DNA of 64,000 nt, from the NCBI RefSeq assembly GCF_055900595.2, contig NZ_CM148325.1; one strand, 5' to 3'. Under the pieces are notes generated by a model that did not search any database, had not been told where the DNA came from, and saw only the letters and a list, made by a program, of their open reading frames with translations. Below are positions 1 to 10,904 of this stretch, one piece after another (position 1 is the stretch's first letter; each line of letters opens with the position of its first letter). The position numbers and the translations under genes were made by a program.

Positions 1-870
1 TTTACCAGACATACACGTATTTTCATAAACACTTCTACAAGTGTTTTCATTAAGTATTGCTATACACATTGCTTTGTCTGATACACATCCAGTTTAGTAA
101 ATTTGTTAGTCCTGTTTTTACGATAGCTAAAATCAGTTAACGTCACTACAAAACTTTCTGTCCTGTTTAAGCAGTCAATGTGCTATTCGATTTTACTGAT
201 GTTACATTTAACCTTTTCTTAGTTTTTGTGTTTTTAGTCGTTAACCTGAGACAAGTGTCTTTATGTAAAAATGCAAATCCGGCTGAGATAACCTGGCGTG
301 ATTTACTGTGTGCTTACGATGATTTTGTTAAATGGTTTTATGGATGATTTTGTAACGATGAGATTGATGAGATGATTAACTGGTCCTGGTGTTTTTTCTC
401 AGTGCAAGGTGATTATCTTCATCATAAGGCTCTTTTCAGAAAAGCGTGATGATTGGTTCTGGTGTTTTGATTCAGATGAGGTTTACGTTATCGATGGTTA
501 ATCGTTTTTATGGTGCGTAGTGAAAAGTAACGTTTTCAGTATAAGAAAATCGATTCTGATGTTGGTGGTTTTTGTTCTTGGGGTGGGGTGTCTGTAAACA
601 GGTTTTAAACGCGCTATTCGGCTCTGTGATTGAGTTTTGTGGTTAAGCTGTAGGTTTTGGTATTGTTGTTGATTCACAGCAGCAGAAAGCGTTCTGATTG
701 CGTTTTTGGTGTTTTGTTTGCACGTTCTGTTGATCCGTTTCCCTTCGGGCTTTGTAGTTTTTAAAAACCATTTATGCCGTTGTTGTGTGTTTTACCCTGC
801 GTGTAGGTTTATCTTTTCTTCGTGGGGGATTCATTCTGTTTTAATCAGGAGCCATTGGCGTTGCTCAATG

Positions 871-936
871 GCGGGATGCCGTAAAGTTTTACCGCGGTGA
901 TTAATGATGTGAAGTCAATCCAAATCAACGGAGATC
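871..936 (+). repeat. Conserved leader element copy 1 (core gattaatgatgtgaa...tcaacggagatc) immediately upstream of a Rep-like gene
   Basis: Near-identical ~60-bp element recurs at 6625..6686; both end with ...caacggagatc 7-30 nt before a Rep-like start. Confidence 0.6.
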
Positions 937-943
937 TCTCATC

Positions 944-1675
944 ATGAATCAACCAATACACAATGCTTACTGGTTATCCCGTTTTGACAGCCTTCTCGAC
1001 AGTGCCCTGGTGCAGCACCGTGCCGTCTCGTTAATTCGGGTGGATTTACGTTTTCCTGAGTATATGCCTGCCACTATTATGGATACCGATTTAGATTCAG
1101 CAGTGATTTCTCGTTTTTTCGAATCCCTGAAAGCAAAAATTCAGGCTTACCAGCGGAAAAAACGACGTGCCAACAAGCGTGTGCATGCAACCACTCTGCG
1201 TTATTTCTGGTGTCGGGAGTTTGGCAAGGAAAAAGGCAGGAAACATTATCACGTGATATTACTGCTCAACAAAGATACCTGGTGCTCGCCAGGGGATTTC
1301 ACCGTTCCTTCTTCGCTGGCGACGCTGATCAAGCTGGCATGGTGTAGCGCTCTGCATCTTGAGCCCTGGCAGGGTAATGGACTGGTTCATTTTTCCAGGC
1401 GGGCGCCTTTCCGTAAACCGACATCATCTGATGCTCGCCCTTCTTCCGATGATACGCCTTTGTCGGGTGGATGTTCTGATACCCGGAAAGCTTCTGACAA
1501 AAAATCTGGTGGATCCGCTGTGCTCTGGGTCAAGCGTGGTGATGTGGAAGCGATGCAGAAAGCCATGGAGAGAGCCTGTTATCTCGTGAAGTATGAGACG
1601 AAGCAGCATGACGGTTCTGGTCAACGTAATTATGGTTGCAGTCGTGGGCCGGGGCGTTTACTGGATGGCAGGTGA
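944..1675 (+). CDS. Rep-like protein (YfjJ/YagK 'inovirus Gp2'-type), HUH motif
   Basis: 243-aa ORF; motif KHYHVILLL (His-hydrophobic-His) and downstream Tyr/Lys patch YLVKYETK; N-terminus LIRVDLRFPE shared with paralogs at 6028 and 6841. Confidence 0.55.
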   Translation: MNQPIHNAYWLSRFDSLLDSALVQHRAVSLIRVDLRFPEYMPATIMDTDLDSAVISRFFESLKAKIQAYQRKKRRANKRVHATTLRYFWCREFGKEKGRKHYHVILLLNKDTWCSPGDFTVPSSLATLIKLAWCSALHLEPWQGNGLVHFSRRAPFRKPTSSDARPSSDDTPLSGGCSDTRKASDKKSGGSAVLWVKRGDVEAMQKAMERACYLVKYETKQHDGSGQRNYGCSRGPGRLLDGR

Positions 1676-1739
1676 GCCCTGTAAAACGGCATCCGGTGCC
1701 TGAGCATACGTCACGTAATTAACTGTCTTGACCAACAAA

Positions 1740-2425
<686 letters not shown>

Positions 2426-2442
2426 TATTGCCCATTCTTGCT

Positions 2443-2485
<43 letters not shown>

Positions 2486-2858
2486 TGGCTCAGCGTATGC
2501 GCCATTTGCTTACATATGGGCTTAAACCCTAAGGGGCACCAGGCTGCATACGCTTTGCCAAATCTGTTCGCTGCTCATGATAACGAAGAACCAGGATACA
2601 AGGTGGAAGATCCTCAACGCTCAGGGGCGCAATGTTCCCTGTGTTTCATGCCCCCATCGTTTGTTGCTGTGGTGCCAGACTTCTGAGGCACCTCCATGTC
2701 GTTTTGCTTTTGTCAGCATCATAAATGCGTCGGGACTGGTGAATGGATACAAGTCATTTTATTATCGACGTCAGCGAACATACTCACTATGTCGGTATAT
2801 TTCTGAACTGAACAGTAAGTTTTGCGTTGATTACAGTATGCGAAGGAGGTCCATTACA

Positions 2859-4463
2859 ATGAATCCCGATTATGTGCAATCCTTGCAGACATCCCACCAC
2901 TTCCCAGCTGATTTAACCTACAGATTATTTCCTAGTGAGCTTGCGTATCTCATTGACGACTTATATGAAAGTACCCAACTTCCGTTGGAGCTCATTTTTA
3001 ATACTGTACTGGCAACGCTCTCACTCTCCTGTCAGTCATTGGTTGACGTTGTTCATCCTCACACCAACATGCCGGAACCCTGCTCACTTTATCTGTTGGC
3101 AATCGCAGAGCCAGGCGCGGGAAAAACAACGATAAACAGACTGGTGATGAACCCCTGTTACGAATTTGCCGATCGACTCATTCAACAATACGAAGAGAGA
3201 AACAAAGATTATAAGACTGAACTACAGATCTGGAATACCCGGCAGAAAGCGCTTGCTGCCAATTTAAGAAAGGTTGTTAACCGGGGGTATCCGGGGGAAC
3301 AGGAAGAAGAGGCGCTGCGTAATCACGAAAGAAATAAACCGACACGTCCGGTTCGACCGAATTTTATCTATGAAGATGTTTCGCTTAAAGCGCTTGTGGA
3401 AGGGCTCAATGAACATCCTGAGGCAGGGGTTATTTCTGATGAGGCGGTCACTTTTTTCAGAAGCTATCTGAAAAATTATCCGGGCCTGTTGAATAAAGCA
3501 TGGAGTGGGCAACCGTTTGATTTTGGACGGGCTGACGAGAAATACCATATCGCGCCACGTCTGACATTTTCGTTAATGTCTCAGCCGGATGTCTTTACGA
3601 ATTATATAAATAAAAATGACGTACTGGCGTGGGGAAGCGGATTTCTTTCCCGGTTTCTGTTCAGTCAGGTTGTAAGTTCTTCCTGGATACGTGATTATAC
3701 GAGAGGTGAGTTCAGAACAATATCAACCCTGGAGAACTTTCATAAAAAGATTAACGGATTCCTGTTAAACCACAACATTAATTTCCCCGGCATGAGCACC
3801 GAAAGGAAGACATTAAAACTTGCGAAGAAAGCGTTGGGGGAGTGGCAGGAAAACCAGATTAAGATTGAAAGAAAAGCGCTTGCAGGCGGGGAGTGGGAAC
3901 ACATCAGAGATATTGTTCTGAAAGCAGGCTCTAATATACTGAGGATAGCTGGAATATTCACCTGCTATTGCTATAAAGATGCTGAGGAAATTGAATCAAT
4001 TACGCTTTTTAAAGCTATGCATCTCATGGACTGGTATCTGGAGGAGGCGAGCACAATATTTTATCCCATGTCTGCACGATGCCAGTTTGAACAGGATGCC
4101 TGTGAACTGTATGCATGGATTATGACCCGAATAAGGCAGAATAATTGGCGTGCTATCAGGAAAACAGACATTGAAAGATATGGTCCCAATCGACTGAGAA
4201 GAGCAGAAAAACTTACACCTGTACTCAATCAGTTAATCTGTCAGGGGTATTTATGTATCATCAGAATGCGATCGCATCAGGCACTTTATGTTTCTGTTTA
4301 TTGTAACAATGGTTACCTCCTTCCTTTAGGCGCAATGTATTACGAACAGTTTGATATTGTTCTACCCGAGAATATTCATAAAGCGAAAGCATATCACGTT
4401 AATATTCCACCGGAATTAATTCCGTCATTTGCGTCACCTTTTTCAGAGTATAGCTTATTTTGA
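2859..4463 (+). CDS. P-loop NTPase, YfjI-like (DUF3987-type) satellite/prophage replication-associated protein
   Basis: Walker A AIAEPGAGKTT; ATG at 2859 preceded by GAAGGAGG Shine-Dalgarno; the track ORF from 2577 is an unsupported upstream extension. Confidence 0.5.
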   Translation: MNPDYVQSLQTSHHFPADLTYRLFPSELAYLIDDLYESTQLPLELIFNTVLATLSLSCQSLVDVVHPHTNMPEPCSLYLLAIAEPGAGKTTINRLVMNPCYEFADRLIQQYEERNKDYKTELQIWNTRQKALAANLRKVVNRGYPGEQEEEALRNHERNKPTRPVRPNFIYEDVSLKALVEGLNEHPEAGVISDEAVTFFRSYLKNYPGLLNKAWSGQPFDFGRADEKYHIAPRLTFSLMSQPDVFTNYINKNDVLAWGSGFLSRFLFSQVVSSSWIRDYTRGEFRTISTLENFHKKINGFLLNHNINFPGMSTERKTLKLAKKALGEWQENQIKIERKALAGGEWEHIRDIVLKAGSNILRIAGIFTCYCYKDAEEIESITLFKAMHLMDWYLEEASTIFYPMSARCQFEQDACELYAWIMTRIRQNNWRAIRKTDIERYGPNRLRRAEKLTPVLNQLICQGYLCIIRMRSHQALYVSVYCNNGYLLPLGAMYYEQFDIVLPENIHKAKAYHVNIPPELIPSFASPFSEYSLF

Positions 4464-6027
4464 AATAACCTTACACAGATAAAACAAAATCAACCAACCT
4501 TCATTCGGAGGTTGGTGATAAGGCGTTTTGCATATCCTGCACCTATGCAAATGTTCACCAATTATGGGGGGTGAATGAGAATTTCTCTGAAAAAACCGCT
4601 ACGGTAGCAACAGTAGCAGCACATGCACCACATCTGTGATTTAATTTTGTTTTCATAATGACCTGCTGTCAGAGCTGGTTGAATACAGGAGTGTGCGCAC
4701 TGGTGGAAGCATGGCTTTCGTTTTTTTATTGATCGAAAGTGAATCGAAAGATTATTTTTAACATAGATTAAAGCTAATCATTAACCATATTGTGTGAGTT
4801 TTCATATATAACTTCGTTTGATTTTTGTCGTGATGAGTGCAGGTGTATATGATAATGTTGGTCTCTGCCTGAATAACGAATGGTTATCACTGTTACTGAA
4901 AAGAGATGCTGTTCAAGTTTGCATTTCAATAGGAGAGTGAAGAAAAATGATTTGATATTTTTTTCTGTAAGATAATGGTTTGTCATGTTCGTATTCAGAA
5001 CGGATGATTTCTTATTTTTACTCATCAAACATGGATAATTTTAATTTAGGTTTATTACTATAATTAGTATCTACCCCTTTATTTATCATCCATCTCTGCC
5101 CTTCATTTTCCCTCTCTGTCTTTACACATTCCATTACTCTTATTCTCATCCAGTTATATTCACTCCCTTCCTTGTCTAATCTGCATTGTCACCATTATCA
5201 TGGTATCCACCTTCTCCATTCCTCAATCATAACTACTGTAACTCATATGATACTCAGATAAGTTATTCTCTACTACGCTATTGCTGATATCCATCTGTTC
5301 CTGTTTTCAGTAAAATAATAATTTATTTTAATTTTATCTATCATGAGCTGTATTTGCTTAACAATGATTGTTTATCTGATATGTTTTAACCATTCCGGTA
5401 AATATCAATACTTCTGTCATCACTGATTAACTGAATGTTTACTCTTTGATAAGGTGTCCATGATTTCGTCATGTTTAACAGTGCAGGATAAACAATGAAA
5501 TTAACAGAGTGAATTCCTGATTATGTTTTTTTCGGGTTGTATTGTTTAAGATGCAGGGTAAAAATCATGCCAGTGGTATTTTTTACTCTGGTAATGTGTG
5601 CGGTTAACGTTCATGTCCTTAAGAACAGATTGGATGAGGGCGTATAAGTTTATTGTGTTGGCCTTGTATACGTTTTTTTTAGAACCACTGAGAGCAAGTT
5701 TGTAGTTTATGATGTTATTGGTCGTAATATGTTTCTTGAACTTCTGGTCGTGGGTTTTTATCGCGTGTTTTGCAGTATTTTGTGATGTTTATTGATTCTG
5801 TATTTTATTCGCTCCTCGTTTATCTCATCTCTTTAGCTAATACCATCAGATAATCCATTTATTTCTGCACAACGCTACGTGTCGTTAATAACCGACGTAT
5901 CCATTCTGTTACAGCATGCCTGATAAATACCGTCTGTAAGTTATTACCGTTTTAGATCTGATTATGAGCGAAAGCATTAATTCGTTTACAGCACTTAAAA
6001 CGTCATTAACTTTCAGGAGTCATCAGC

Positions 6028-6594
6028 ATGCCTAAATCTTACACACCAAACTGGTTTTTTACCGCTTTACTTGACAATCACATCAATCAAATGATGGCAC
6101 GCTATTCCTGCCTGCGGGCCTTACGCATGGATTTCTTCTACAGGAAAGATACGCCTGATTTCTTACAACCTGATCATCGCTGGCTTGAATTGCAGTTGCG
6201 TATGCTGCTGGAGCAGGTGGAACAATTTGAAAATATCGTTGGCTTCTTCTGGGTGATTGAATGGACGGCTGATCATGGTTTTCATGCGCATGCGGTTTTC
6301 TGGATCGATCGTCAGAGGGTTAAAAAAATATATCCCTTTGCGGAGCGGATTACGGAATGCTGGCGGTCTATTACGCATAACAGTGGTTCGGCACACCGCT
6401 GTACATATCAGCCGCATTATACATACAACATCAACATTCCTGTGCGCCACAACGATCCTGAAAGCATCGATAATATTCGCGGTGCCCTGCATTATCTGGC
6501 GAAAGAAGAACAAAAAGACGGGCTGTGTGCCTACGGCTGCAATGAAGTTCCTGAACGTCCTGCTGCAGGGCGTCCTCGTAAGCCTCACTTCTGA
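6028..6594 (+). CDS. Rep-like protein paralog, HUH motif
   Basis: 188 aa; motif GFHAHAVFWI and Tyr/Lys patch LHYLAKEEQK; N-terminal LRALRMDFFYRKD parallels ORF 944; SD caggag upstream. Confidence 0.5.
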   Translation: MPKSYTPNWFFTALLDNHINQMMARYSCLRALRMDFFYRKDTPDFLQPDHRWLELQLRMLLEQVEQFENIVGFFWVIEWTADHGFHAHAVFWIDRQRVKKIYPFAERITECWRSITHNSGSAHRCTYQPHYTYNINIPVRHNDPESIDNIRGALHYLAKEEQKDGLCAYGCNEVPERPAAGRPRKPHF

Positions 6595-6624
6595 AGCTTA
6601 AGGCCTGAGCCTCCGCTCCTGGAA

Positions 6625-6686
6625 ACACTCCGTCGGTAAAACCTTACCGCCTTGATTAATGATGTGAACTGAAGTCAACGGAGATC
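6625..6686 (+). repeat. Conserved leader element copy 2
   Basis: ggtaaaaccttaccgccttgattaatgatgtgaactgaagtcaacggagatc vs cgtaaagttttaccgcggtgattaatgatgtgaagtcaa...caacggagatc at 871..936. Confidence 0.6.
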
Positions 6687-6840
6687 ATTCACCCTGAACC
6701 TGCATCCGGTGTTCTGTCCCTTATCTTCCCGTTCTGCTTCAGTTCTTCACTTATTCCATCAATCTCATCCGCAAGCCATAACACGTCAGCTCATTCACGG
6801 GCAGGACGCATTGTGGGCTGCGCATAACGGAACATATCTT

Positions 6841-7416
6841 ATGAATGCTATTCCTTATTTCGACTATAGCCTGGCACCCTTCTGGCCATCTTATCAGAAC
6901 AAAGTCATCGGCGTCCTTGAGCGTGCGCTGCGTGAGCAGTCCGGCTCACGGATACGGCGGATCCTGCTTCGTCTGCCGTGGGAACATGACAACGCCTTCA
7001 ACAGCAGACAGACCTGGTTTGGTATGGATTTTATCGAAACCGTCAGTGCGCTGATGAATGCGAAACCCGGACGCGACCTTTGCTGGCTCCTGACCCGTCA
7101 TCCGGAAAAGCCGGAATACCACGTGGTGCTGTGCGTCAGACAGGAGTATTTCGACGGCCCCGAACTGGACCGGCTGATTCTGGATGCCTGGAGCAACGTA
7201 CTGGGCTTCGCGTCACCGGGGGAAGCGGCACCGTACCAGAAACAGATAACCCGGGATGTGGTGCTGGACAGTCGTTCACCGGACTGCGAAGACATCCTCA
7301 AAGATTTGATCTGGGCGTTCAGTGATTTCGCCCGCGATCGTCGTGGTGTGTGCGATCCGGAAGCCCGTTGCCTCGCCGGTAATCCCGGCTATCCCGGATC
7401 TGCAGGACCGTTCTGA
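6841..7416 (+). CDS. Rep-like protein paralog with degenerate HUH motif
   Basis: Internal Met of track ORF 6709..7416; MNAIPYFDYSL...RRILLRLPWEHDN...PEYHVVLCV aligns with the other two paralogs, but the first His of the motif is replaced by Glu. Confidence 0.45.
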   Translation: MNAIPYFDYSLAPFWPSYQNKVIGVLERALREQSGSRIRRILLRLPWEHDNAFNSRQTWFGMDFIETVSALMNAKPGRDLCWLLTRHPEKPEYHVVLCVRQEYFDGPELDRLILDAWSNVLGFASPGEAAPYQKQITRDVVLDSRSPDCEDILKDLIWAFSDFARDRRGVCDPEARCLAGNPGYPGSAGPF

Positions 7417-7484
7417 GAATACGGCTCAGCACCTTTCCCCGCATTCGCACAACCTTCATAAATCTCACAGAGGATATTCTGACC

Positions 7485-7721
7485 ATGTTGACCTCAATGA
7501 CAGGCCACGACTGCGTGTTGCTGCGTGCCGACGATCCCCTGATCGACATGAACTACATCACCAGTTTCACCGGTATGACAGATAAATGGTTTTACAAGCT
7601 GATCAGTGAAGGCCATTTCCCGAAACCCATCAAGCTGGGCCGCAGCAGCCGCTGGTACAAAAGTGAAGTGGAGCAGTGGATGCAGCAGCGAATTGAGGAA
7701 TCACGAGGAGCAGCAGCATGA
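7485..7721 (+). CDS. AlpA-family phage/island transcriptional regulator (HTH); true start may be the internal Met near 7550
   Basis: C-terminal FTGMTDKWFYKLISEGHFPKPIKLGRSSRWYKSEVEQWM matches the AlpA/Vis-type HTH pattern. Confidence 0.6.
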   Translation: MLTSMTGHDCVLLRADDPLIDMNYITSFTGMTDKWFYKLISEGHFPKPIKLGRSSRWYKSEVEQWMQQRIEESRGAAA

Positions 7722-7876
7722 AACGTGTTGCAATGTCGGCGCTGGTATTGCGGAAATCAGCCCTGTCCCTGGTGCTGGCGACATTACCGTTCATCTTCCT
7801 GCTGACCCTCTCCGGTCAGCCAGCAGATTGTAGCTCTTTCCTGACTGATTCGTCATTCCATTCACATTGTTTATAA
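7718..7876 (+). CDS. Small hydrophobic protein (52 aa), start overlaps the AlpA-family stop
   Basis: ATG at 7718 overlaps the TGA of the upstream gene (ATGA); MKRVAMSALVLRKSALSLVLATLPFIFLLTLSG... predicts one TM helix; below the 60-aa track cutoff. Confidence 0.3.
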   Translation: MKRVAMSALVLRKSALSLVLATLPFIFLLTLSGQPADCSSFLTDSSFHSHCL

Positions 7877-7912
7877 CTGGCATTACACCGGTGTTGATGC
7901 GCACCTTCCCGT

Positions 7913-8512
7913 GTGTCTGCACCGGCTGAACAAAATTCAACAGGGTTTGAAAAGGAACATTTCGTGCAAATAACCGAAGCATTAATTTCAGAGCCGGGAG
8001 ACATCCGGCGTTTTATTCAGCAGGCGGTGGACCACTGGCCGCATTTGCTGGCATTTTACTTCACACTCCATTCGGCAGAAGGAAATATCAACGGGCAACA
8101 GATTCATGCATTCTGTACTTCCTTTTACCGACAGGTGCACGAACGTATTACTGAGCGTAATCACACGGCCAGTCCATCATCGCCGGTGGTGTTACGCTGG
8201 TTGCGGGAACAACATGGAGGAGCAACAATTCGATGCCTGTTGCTGCTCAGCCAGACGAGTATTTGTCACCCGCGAGCCAGTGTCACAGTTGATGAACAAT
8301 GTTCGCAAATGGTGGATTTATTGCAACAGACATGGCGGGTGATAAGTGCTGACGGACAATGCCGGGTGGAAAGGTGTTTTCAGGCTGCCCGGGGTGATAC
8401 ATCCGGCCAGTATATTGCGTTAAAAACAGTTGCATTGTCTCTGGGGTTACCGGTTGTGACCGGTATTACCCATCGCCCGGTACAGCGCTGTACATTGATT
8501 ACAGCTCAGTGA
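7913..8512 (+). CDS. Hypothetical protein
   Basis: 199-aa ORF with no recognisable motif. Confidence 0.25.
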   Translation: MSAPAEQNSTGFEKEHFVQITEALISEPGDIRRFIQQAVDHWPHLLAFYFTLHSAEGNINGQQIHAFCTSFYRQVHERITERNHTASPSSPVVLRWLREQHGGATIRCLLLLSQTSICHPRASVTVDEQCSQMVDLLQQTWRVISADGQCRVERCFQAARGDTSGQYIALKTVALSLGLPVVTGITHRPVQRCTLITAQ

Positions 8513-9523
8513 ACAGCGCTGTTGTGCAGTCAACGAGGTTTTCTGTCTTTTCGTCGGTCATTCAGCATCATTAAACGGGTCTCTGCCTCTTTCTGTTCCT
8601 GTGGTGTCACTTCCCCGCACGGCTGACCGTTCAGGTTGTAACGGGCGCCACCTGCTATTAACGCACGGTAATAGCGCGGAGACTGCACATAAGACGCCAC
8701 TGCTGCATGTAATGTACCAGCGCCAAACGCCAGTTCTCGGATGGCGATATCCTGTATCAGGTCGTCAGGTATCCCCACTTTAAGTGGTTTTGTTTTTTTC
8801 CCGGTTGAATGACTCAGGCCAGAGTTCCACAAGACGAATAATGCGCTTACGGTTTTTGCTCTGGCGTTTTGTCATGTCGCCACGGTGTTTTATCAGCAGG
8901 TTTCTGTTTATCGTTCAACTGTGGTATCTGGTCACCGGCCTTCATTTTGTATGCTGTGTCCGTTTTATTCTGCAGCGGCGTTGCCGGTGATTTACTGAAA
9001 ATACCCTGCGGTTTACGGTTAATGGTCAGAGTTACCATCAATTTTGTTACCTCGCGCTGTCAATGGAAGTAGTACCTCATCCGATATCTGAAAATGTTTT
9101 CCGGTGGATGTTACAGCGAATTTCATGTAAGACATGTTGTTGTCGGTATTGTTCAGTACTGTGCGTTGTGAGCGTATTCGTTATCAGACAGAGGGGCAGG
9201 GAACAAACGTCAGAGGTTAAGGATATCCGGGAACAAATGGCGTAAACGGACATCTCAGTGCCTGAGAAACAGTACAGGTCAGGCCATCATGGCCTGCAAA
9301 CAGAGCCCTGGCGACCCCGTGGCCGAAAACGAAACAATAACCCGCGCGCAGTGCGAGGAATCCGGATGTGAAGCAATCAGCAGGTAATATTAATGGCAGG
9401 ACCAGCAGGTTCTTTAAACAAACGAACATGCTGTAATTGATATTTTGCTTATTGTATTTTCTTTTTAGTTATTAAATTAATTTATTTACGAAAAATTTTC
9501 TGCAGATACAGGATGGGAATTCA

Positions 9524-9552
9524 GGGTGTCATCACGCCTTATGATGACACCC
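9524..9552. terminator. Perfect 11-bp inverted repeat hairpin (gggtgtcatca-N7-tgatgacaccc) downstream of the LacI-family gene
   Basis: Read directly; no flanking T-run on either strand, so it may be a protein-binding palindrome rather than a terminator. Confidence 0.3.
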
Positions 9553-9633
9553 TTCCCCTGGTTGTGGAAAACCGAAGGATATATCAGGTTCAGCAACAAA
9601 ATCAGTGAGCTGAAAGATACCAGTCCCCCAGCT

Positions 9634-10653
9634 TCAGCAGCTTTCACGTAAACATAAACAGGGCTCAATGAATATCTGATTGCTCCAGTTACCTTCTTTA
9701 ATTCGTTCCAGCAAAACATTTCCTGCTTCCAGACCAATTTTCCTGTGAGGAACGGCCATTGTTGTTAATGATGGTTGGCAAACTTTGCTGACGTCACTGT
9801 CACCAAATCCTACTACGGCGAGCTCGTCTGGAACTTTGATCCGTCTTCGTTGACATTCATAGAGAACACCGCAGGCTAACTCATCTGACACACATACCAG
9901 GGCATCCAGTTCCGGCCATGCGAGCAAAAATTCCGGTAGTTGTGATGCTCCGGTGGAAAAAACAGGTGGCAGAGCAGCGTTAATAACACGGTTGGGAGAC
10001 ATATGATGGCGTAACATAGCTTTATACCATCCCTGTAAATGCTGCTGAAAGATCCACTGTTCCTGGTTAGCGCATAGCAAACCGATATTCTGATAACCAC
10101 GTTGTACCAGCATATCCGTCAGCTCGAACATTGCTGCAACATTATCAATACCAATGTTGATATCTATCGGATCAGTACGAATGGCACCGATTTCTATAAC
10201 AGGAATCGAGGCATTTTTGAGCAAGTGACGCACGGTACTATTATGCTCAACACTAAGCAAAATTGCTGCAGCGATATTAGAAGCCAGCAGGGTTTCCAGC
10301 AGTTTTTCTTCTTGTTCCAGACGATGGCGTGACTCAGCCAGGATTATTTGATACCCCGCTGGTTGTAGCACATGTTGCAGCCCGGCAAACATTTCCGTGC
10401 ATCCCGCTTCAGCCAGGTTTGGCACGACCATTGCGATCGTGTGTGAAGATGCCGATGCCAGTGCGCTTGCAGTGAGGTTGGGCATATACCCTAATTCATT
10501 AACTGCGGCTTCAATCTTCTCCCTCAATTTATCTGAAACTTGTTCGGGAGTGCGTAACGCTCTGGATACAGTCATTGTGCCAACTCCCGCGAGTTGCGCG
10601 ACATCAGCAATAGTGACTTTACCTGTACTACGACGTTTTCGGGTTATTGCCAT
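9634..10653 (-). CDS. LacI-family transcriptional regulator
   Basis: N-terminal HTH VTIADVAQLAGVGTMTVSRAL plus periplasmic-binding-protein-like sugar-binding fold; divergent from the PTS operon. Confidence 0.85.
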   Translation of the reverse strand: MAITRKRRSTGKVTIADVAQLAGVGTMTVSRALRTPEQVSDKLREKIEAAVNELGYMPNLTASALASASSHTIAMVVPNLAEAGCTEMFAGLQHVLQPAGYQIILAESRHRLEQEEKLLETLLASNIAAAILLSVEHNSTVRHLLKNASIPVIEIGAIRTDPIDINIGIDNVAAMFELTDMLVQRGYQNIGLLCANQEQWIFQQHLQGWYKAMLRHHMSPNRVINAALPPVFSTGASQLPEFLLAWPELDALVCVSDELACGVLYECQRRRIKVPDELAVVGFGDSDVSKVCQPSLTTMAVPHRKIGLEAGNVLLERIKEGNWSNQIFIEPCLCLRESC

Positions 10654-10785
10654 ACAAAATCCTGCTCAGCGACTACATATGGAGATCTTTTATTACTTAT
10701 CATCAACGGCTTCCTGCACTGCCAGTAGCAGAGTATACCTCTTAATATCTGCCATAAGTCTGGATTTAATCAGTGAAATCTATTT

Positions 10786-10799
10786 TGATAGCGCTATCA
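10786..10799. promoter_or_regulatory. Candidate LacI-family operator 1 (perfect 14-bp palindrome TGATAGCGCTATCA)
   Basis: Perfect palindrome in the divergent intergenic region between the LacI-family gene and the PTS operon. Confidence 0.55.
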
Positions 10800-10819
10800 C
10801 AAATTCGAACAATACCTCC

Positions 10820-10833
10820 TGATAGCGCTATCT
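10820..10833. promoter_or_regulatory. Candidate LacI-family operator 2 (TGATAGCGCTATCt, 13/14 palindromic)
   Basis: Second copy of GATAGCGCTATC 34 bp downstream of the first. Confidence 0.5.
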
Positions 10834-10904
10834 TTGTGATATTGATCGCAGATATACCGTCGTTACTTGAATACATTCTGGTCATATAAATAAGAAATTA
10901 GGGG

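Noticed and set aside
2577-2858. N-terminal 94-codon extension of the YfjI-like ORF given in the track
   Set aside because: No start-codon context; the ATG at 2859 has a strong GAAGGAGG Shine-Dalgarno and the upstream stretch overlaps the IS110 relic region.
8530-8832. 100-aa minus-strand ORF considered as a possible integrase N-terminal arm-binding fragment
   Set aside because: Only a vague compositional resemblance; no catalytic domain and no tRNA or attachment site nearby.
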